NCBI GenBank assembly: GCA_963706575.1
Contig: CAVPNL010000009.1
Span: 262,183-326,182 of the forward strand
Origin: an uncultured delta proteobacterium
GTDB taxonomy: Bacteria; Desulfobacterota; Desulfobacteria; Desulfobacterales; JAHEIW01
DNA: 64,000 nucleotides
Reading direction: 5' to 3'
Shown: in pieces, positions 59,433 through 64,000 of the stretch
Layout of the letters: the number at the start of each line of letters is the position of its first letter
Numbering within the stretch: position 1 is the first letter of the stretch
Program-made: the position numbers and the translations under genes
Notes under the pieces: model-generated
Databases searched by the model: none
What the model was told of the DNA's origin: nothing
What the model saw: the letters and a program-made list of their open reading frames with translations, nothing else

Positions 59433-59458
59433 CCCGATTGAGTTAAAACTCAATCGGG
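59433..59458 (+). terminator. Perfect 12-bp hairpin directly after the HisD-like gene
   Basis: CCCGATTGAGTT-AA-AACTCAATCGGG. Confidence 0.5.
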
Positions 59459-59462
59459 AAGT

Positions 59463-59547
59463 GGTATTAGGTATTCGGTATCAGGTATTTGAAAAAGGCT
59501 GGATTCAGCCATTTCATTTTAATACCCAATACCCAATACCTAATACC
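59463..59547. repeat. Palindrome of GGTATT/AATACC heptamers
   Basis: GGTATTAGGTATTCGGTATCAGGTATT ... AATACCCAATACCCAATACCTAATACC. Confidence 0.7.
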
Positions 59548-59582
59548 CAATAACAAATAACTAATATTTTGGGAGGTTTAAA

Positions 59583-60512
59583 ATGGAATATGAAGAGAAA
59601 ACAGAGGTTAAGGAAGAAAAAATTTATAATCTTTTTCGCTGTGGCTACCTGGAGGTTCGAGAGTGGTTAAAAGAAACCGACATTGTTATCATTCCGCTGG
59701 GAAGCACCGAGCAGCACGGCAGGCATTGTCCGGTGTGCACCGACAGTATTGCCACCGAGCTGCCCTGTCAGATTGCCGCGGAACTGGCCAATGTGCCCTA
59801 TTATGAGCTTATCCCCTTTGGCTATTCTCCCCAGCACCTGCATCCGCCCGGAATTGCATCCGGCACCGTCACCCTGAGCGCCGCCACCTATCAAAACGTC
59901 CTATACGAGGTGGGACGCTCACTGCTGCATAATGGTTTTAATAAGCTCATTTATGCCACCGGGCATACATCCAATATGAAAGCGGTAGACCCGGCCCTGC
60001 GCGCACTGCGCTATGAAACCGGGGCGTTTATCTGCTGCTATCGCAATGATGCTGAAGCCGTGCCCGGTCTGATGGGCGATGCCGGAATCATCGAAAATCC
60101 GCCCGAAGAGGCCCCTGGCTGGCACGGCAGTGAAGTGGAAGCTTCCGAGTGCATGTACTTTGAACAATTATACGGCAAAAAGATTGTTCATCTGGATCGG
60201 ACCGAAAAAGAGTATACCCACCCGCCCAAGTGGATTTCAGATGTCAGTGATAAATTTACCAAGAAAAACGGTTCGCCGTTTCTTGAAATGCACGGCAAGA
60301 ACGTGGCCTGGGTTCCCATGGATCACCAGGAATACAGTGACACCGGCTTGATCGGTTTTCCGGGCAATCCCTTTACGGCAACTGCCGAAAAGGGCAAGAA
60401 AATAATCTACAAAAAGGCTGAAATGATGGCCGAGTTCATTGAAGAAATAAAGAAAGTCAAAGTGGAGGTCCGCAATAGAGATTTTTGGAACCGGACGTTC
60501 CGACCGGTATAA
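59583..60512 (+). CDS. Creatininase-family hydrolase (paralogue 2)
   Basis: IPLGSTEQHGRHCPVCTD, GYSPQH, TGHTSN, WHGSEVEAS and ATAEKG motifs. Confidence 0.9.
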   Translation: MEYEEKTEVKEEKIYNLFRCGYLEVREWLKETDIVIIPLGSTEQHGRHCPVCTDSIATELPCQIAAELANVPYYELIPFGYSPQHLHPPGIASGTVTLSAATYQNVLYEVGRSLLHNGFNKLIYATGHTSNMKAVDPALRALRYETGAFICCYRNDAEAVPGLMGDAGIIENPPEEAPGWHGSEVEASECMYFEQLYGKKIVHLDRTEKEYTHPPKWISDVSDKFTKKNGSPFLEMHGKNVAWVPMDHQEYSDTGLIGFPGNPFTATAEKGKKIIYKKAEMMAEFIEEIKKVKVEVRNRDFWNRTFRPV

Positions 60513-60527
60513 AATCTATTTCATGCC

Positions 60528-60690
60528 GGGTTCAAAGGTTCAAGGCTCAGCGTTCAGAGGTTAAATGACAAAAGACACATGTCAAAAACGAAAGTAGGTT
60601 CGGCCTCCGCGCCGGCCTCTGAACGATGGGCGCAGAGACCCGCCCTACTTCCGAGCCCGAAACCTCTGAACCTTGTAAACCCTGAACCCC
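60528..60690. repeat. Family B element: REP-like doublet (core 60592-60651) inside GGTTCA heptamer arms
   Basis: AAGTAGGTTCGGCCTCCGCGCCG ... GGGCGCAGAGACCCGCCCTACTTC; close to the reverse complement of 50304-50446. Confidence 0.75.
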
Positions 60691-60709
60691 TATACCATAA
60701 GAACCAATT

Positions 60710-61993
60710 GTGATGCAGCAAAAAGCCATCGCCATTATCGCCACCCTGGACACCAAGGGTCCGGAAGCCGCCTTTGTCAAAGCCAGAATCGAGCGGGAGG
60801 GGTTTGCCACGCTCGTTCTGGATACCGGCATCCTGGCGCAGCGGGGCCCGGACGGACCGCCGGCGGATATTTCGGCGGATCAGATTGCTAAAGCAGGCGG
60901 GCAAGATCGCGTCGAGCTGATTGCCAGAAGTGCTGAGAAAGAAACCCGCAACCGGGGCATTCGGGCGATGTCCAGCGGCTCGGCCAAAATTTTGAGACAG
61001 CTCTATGATCAGGGACGAATTTGCGGCGTGATTGGTCTCGGCGGCGCCCAGGGCACCGAGGTCGGCACTTATGCCATGCGGGCGCTGCCCCTGGGGGTGC
61101 CCAAGATGATGGTGTCCACGGTGGCCTCCGGGCAGACACCTTTCGGAATTTATACCGGCACCCGGGATCTGACCATCATGCACTCGGTGGTCGATATCCT
61201 GGGGCTGAATTCCTTGATGCGCCAAATTTTGTCCAACGCCGTCGGGGCGGTGGTGGGCATGGTTCGGGCCGGATCCATGGAAGCACCGAGCACCGCTCCT
61301 AAAATTGGCATTACCATCTATGGCCAGACCACCCCCGCGGCCCTGGTCATTAAACCGCAACTGGAAGCGCGCGGCTACGAGGTTTTTGCATTCCACTGCA
61401 ACGGCACCGGCGGCCAATCCCTGGAGGAATTGGCGGTTGAAGGCCTGCTGGACGGTCTGTTTGACTTAAGCACCCATGAAATTACCGATGAAATTTTCGG
61501 CGGCATCCATGCCAGTAATGCCGATCGGCTGCTGGCCGGGGGGCTGAAAGGCATCCCCCGGCTGGTGGTGCCCGGTGGATTGGACATTATCACCCTGCGC
61601 GAGCTGGAAACCGTGCCGGAGATTTACCGCGGTCAACCTTATGTCAAACACAACCCCCACATTACCCTGGTGCGTTTGACCGCCGCGCAAATGGTAAAGG
61701 TGGCCGACGTAATGGTTGAACGGCTGAATCAAGCCACCGCGCCGGTGATCGTGGCCATTCCAAAGGGCGGATTTTCTTTTTATAACAAAGACGGTCTGCA
61801 CTTCCGTGATATCAAGGCGGATGAGGCTTTTATACAAACCCTTAAAACGAAGTTAAAACCTGAAATCGAAATTTGCGAATTGGACGGACATGTCAACGAT
61901 CCGGTATTTATCGAAGCGATTCTGTCTAAATTTGAATACTTGATGCAACTTGCCGGAGTTAACGCCCGTGCACAGGAGGATACCCCGTCTTGA
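60710..61993 (+). CDS. UPF0261 / Tm-1-like ATP-binding domain protein (paralogue 4)
   Basis: IATLDTKG, GGAQGT, ALPLGVPKMMVST, HSVVDILGLN, FHCNGTGG, HNPH and HVNDPVF motifs. Confidence 0.92.
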   Translation: MMQQKAIAIIATLDTKGPEAAFVKARIEREGFATLVLDTGILAQRGPDGPPADISADQIAKAGGQDRVELIARSAEKETRNRGIRAMSSGSAKILRQLYDQGRICGVIGLGGAQGTEVGTYAMRALPLGVPKMMVSTVASGQTPFGIYTGTRDLTIMHSVVDILGLNSLMRQILSNAVGAVVGMVRAGSMEAPSTAPKIGITIYGQTTPAALVIKPQLEARGYEVFAFHCNGTGGQSLEELAVEGLLDGLFDLSTHEITDEIFGGIHASNADRLLAGGLKGIPRLVVPGGLDIITLRELETVPEIYRGQPYVKHNPHITLVRLTAAQMVKVADVMVERLNQATAPVIVAIPKGGFSFYNKDGLHFRDIKADEAFIQTLKTKLKPEIEICELDGHVNDPVFIEAILSKFEYLMQLAGVNARAQEDTPS

Positions 61994-62661
61994 AGCCGAC
62001 TCTGGACGAACATATACAAAGAGATCCGCGCATATTGAAGGTCTATTTAGAAGCGCGACGCCGCTATGCCCAAGTCGTTTTATTTCACCACAATTTCACC
62101 CATGTGATGCGTGATCTTCATCGCGCCCTGGTGATTGCCGCCGACGAGGGATCCGTGAATTATGGCATTCTGATCCCCAGTGTTTTGTTGCACGACATCG
62201 GCTTTTGCACACCGGATTTCAAGAAACTGGGACACGATGTGGCCGGCGCCCGTCTGGCTGTAGAAATTCTCAAGGATCTGGCGTATACCGAAGATGAATG
62301 TGCCGCCGTCGGTCACTGCATCCACGCCCATAAGGGCAAGGCCGAACATCCCCGGACCATTGAGGCCCGGATCCTTTACGATGCGGATGTGCTGGAAAAA
62401 GCCGGACTGGTTTTTCTCATCTGGGGCGGTAAAATTATCAGTGAGTTCAACGAATCGATCCATCAATTTTTAAAACGGGAAATTGCGGATCGCGAGGCAG
62501 AGTTAACACGCGGGCTTTACACCCATAAGGCCCGGGAACTAAATGGCGGCAGGCTCGAGAAAGTTCAGTCGATGTTTCTGCAGATACGTAAGGAGATCAC
62601 CGAGGATCGTCCGGATTATGAGATCAGCGAGGACGACCTCTGGCAAAATGCGTCACCTTAA
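61990..62661 (+). CDS. HD-domain metal-dependent phosphohydrolase
   Basis: HNFTHVMR, LLHDIG, HDVAGA, IHAH and LYDADVLE motifs; translationally coupled to Tm-1-like paralogue 4. Confidence 0.88.
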   Translation: MKPTLDEHIQRDPRILKVYLEARRRYAQVVLFHHNFTHVMRDLHRALVIAADEGSVNYGILIPSVLLHDIGFCTPDFKKLGHDVAGARLAVEILKDLAYTEDECAAVGHCIHAHKGKAEHPRTIEARILYDADVLEKAGLVFLIWGGKIISEFNESIHQFLKREIADREAELTRGLYTHKARELNGGRLEKVQSMFLQIRKEITEDRPDYEISEDDLWQNASP

Positions 62662-62693
62662 GACTCGGGATGATGTTTCTAATAAAAACAATG

Positions 62694-62772
62694 TCTCACG
62701 CAAAGCCGCCAAGTTCGCTAAGATAAAAAAAATTATAATAAATATCCTAACACGTTGCGTCTCTGCCTGAGA
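62694..62772. repeat. Degenerate palindrome of CGCAAAG/CGCCAAG-type units
   Basis: TCTCACGCAAAGCCGCCAAGTTCGCTAAG ... TTGCGTCTCTGCCTGAGA. Confidence 0.55.
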
Positions 62773-62793
62773 ATTTATTAAAGGAGAAGACCC

Positions 62794-63540
62794 ATGTCAA
62801 ACGAAGGGTTCTATGACTTTCATACCCACACGGTTTTCAGTGACGGGGGCATGATCCCGGCGGGATTGATGCAGCGGGCCCTGGTGCGCGGCTGTTTGGG
62901 ATTGGCCATTACCGATCATGTGGATAGCTCAAATCTGGAATGGGTTTTTGAAAATCTGCTCAAGTTTGTTGAAGAACTTGGACAGGAATGGCAGCCGGGT
63001 ATCGTGCCGGGAGGCGATGTTACCACCGCCCCTTTAAACACACTTGATTCCGACACTCTGGCAAAAAATTGGCACCTGCCGCTAATTCCGGGGGTTGAAC
63101 TGACAAGTGTGCCGCCGCGCAAAATTGAGGCCCTGGCCCAAAAAGCACGCTTGCTGGGCGCCAAGTGGATTGTTGTTCACGGCGAAACCATCATGGAACC
63201 GGTTGCCCCGGGGACCAACCGGGCTGCCATTGAAGCCCGGGTGGATCTTTTGTCACACCCCGGGTTGATAACAGCGGAAGATGCCGCCCGGGCCGCCGAG
63301 CTCGGCGTCCATCTGGAAATCACCACCCATAAAGGTCACGGCATGGCCAATGGTTGGGTGGCGCAGCGGGCCCGGGAGTCGGGCGCCAAACTGCTGTTAA
63401 ACACGGACTGTCATGTATCGGCAGAGATTCTGGATGCCAAACAGCGCCGTGCGATTGCCTTCGGGGCGGGCTTGACGGCAGAGGAGGTTGATCGTATCTG
63501 GCAAAACGGCCGCCGGATTATCGCCCGGATTTTTGGTTAA
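62794..63540 (+). CDS. PHP-domain phosphatase (histidinol-phosphate phosphatase domain-containing family)
   Basis: YDFHTHTVFSDG, AITDHVD, IPGVELT, VVHGET, LSHPG and NTDCH motifs. Confidence 0.9.
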   Translation: MSNEGFYDFHTHTVFSDGGMIPAGLMQRALVRGCLGLAITDHVDSSNLEWVFENLLKFVEELGQEWQPGIVPGGDVTTAPLNTLDSDTLAKNWHLPLIPGVELTSVPPRKIEALAQKARLLGAKWIVVHGETIMEPVAPGTNRAAIEARVDLLSHPGLITAEDAARAAELGVHLEITTHKGHGMANGWVAQRARESGAKLLLNTDCHVSAEILDAKQRRAIAFGAGLTAEEVDRIWQNGRRIIARIFG

Positions 63541-63587
63541 CTCATTGTAAAACCCGGTTGGTGCTTTCGTTGTATCGTGCTGAACAT

Positions 63588-64000
63588 TTAGTTCCCAAAA
63601 CGGGATGTTGTAACGCTTTGCGTTCCCTGATCAGAAATTTTTAAAATCGCCATATCTCCGTATTCGACCGGACCTTTCCCGGTTCCGCCCAAATATTTAT
63701 GCATGACCATAAGATTTCCTGAAACATTGCCGACGTACAGCACGACGCCACCGGCATGTTTTGAGAGGATTTCATCTGCGATTTCGTCGACCGTGAACAT
63801 GCTCATGTTTTGAATGATGGTGATCGGGACATTCGTTTGCTGCGATAGGGGCTTAACAGTATCCAGGTTTCGACCCAGATCGGGACTGTAAATCGCCGTG
63901 ATACCCATATCCCGGACCTTGGCGACCAGAGCCTGGGCCCTGTCTCTTCCCTCGGGGATAAGATAGCTGCCGTCGACCAGGCCTTTTCCCGTTTTTTCCG
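63588..64000 (-). CDS. Histidine phosphatase (SixA/PGM-like) family protein, 5' end outside the window
   Basis: Open to the window edge: EK...LIPEGRDRAQAL...ITAIYSPDLGRNLDTVKPL; the RH motif would lie just outside. Confidence 0.65.
   Translation of the reverse strand, partial: EKTGKGLVDGSYLIPEGRDRAQALVAKVRDMGITAIYSPDLGRNLDTVKPLSQQTNVPITIIQNMSMFTVDEIADEILSKHAGGVVLYVGNVSGNLMVMHKYLGGTGKGPVEYGDMAILKISDQGTQSVTTSRFGN

Noticed and set aside
13358..60690. CRISPR array or integron attC cassettes from the recurrent repeats
   Set aside because: Repeats are dispersed palindromes in both orientations, without regular spacers, cas genes or an integrase
33377..61993. Anti-phage role for the Tm-1-like genes by analogy with the plant resistance gene
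   Set aside because: All four are embedded in metabolic operons with no defence-island genes; the antiviral role of plant Tm-1 is thought to be secondary
58159..63540. Histidine biosynthesis cluster (hisD plus histidinol phosphatase)
   Set aside because: No other his genes, non-canonical HisD motifs, and a GntR-led catabolic context

Overview
A gene-dense catabolic island of about 60 genes from an anaerobic bacterium. The W/Mo aldehyde:ferredoxin oxidoreductase and ferredoxins point to an anaerobe; a Desulfobacterota-like origin is only an impression and cannot be proven here. No rRNA, tRNA, CRISPR array, transposase or phage gene was seen. Modules, in order: (1) ketopantoate-reductase-like gene, TAXI-TRAP transporter and epimerase; (2) RpiR/HexR regulator with TRAP transporter, RraA-like aldolase, KdgK-like kinase, 2-hydroxyacid dehydrogenase and Eda; (3) a SorC/DeoR-associated block (about 13-32 kb) with a creatininase-family hydrolase, SDR, HpcH and DapA/HOGA aldolases, Liv-type ABC transporter, three-subunit GlpA-like flavin dehydrogenase, Zn-ADH, lactonase and RpiB; (4) a 10-gene minus-strand operon ending in a form IV RuBisCO-like protein (RLP) of the Chlorobium (IV-Photo) type, with two UPF0261/Tm-1-like proteins and a class II aldolase; (5) AOR, MoaD, a non-canonical LarA, DUF6282, IlvD-family dehydratase, ComB, GlcG, Tm-1-like and TIM-barrel genes; (6) a GntR module with IlvD and UlaG on one side and DegT aminotransferase, HisD/HpsN-like, creatininase, Tm-1-like, HD and PHP genes on the other. 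The best candidate for an undescribed system is a sugar/cyclitol-acid catabolic pathway built around the IV-Photo RLP and four Tm-1-like ATP-binding paralogues. These may act as the otherwise missing kinases (hypothesis). A shared 13-5-13 palindromic operator links modules 3-5. Intergenic DNA holds several families of miniature palindromic elements, including a ~50-nt unit nested inside a MITE. Nine or ten +1 frameshifts confined to 10.5-28.7 kb are probably sequencing errors.
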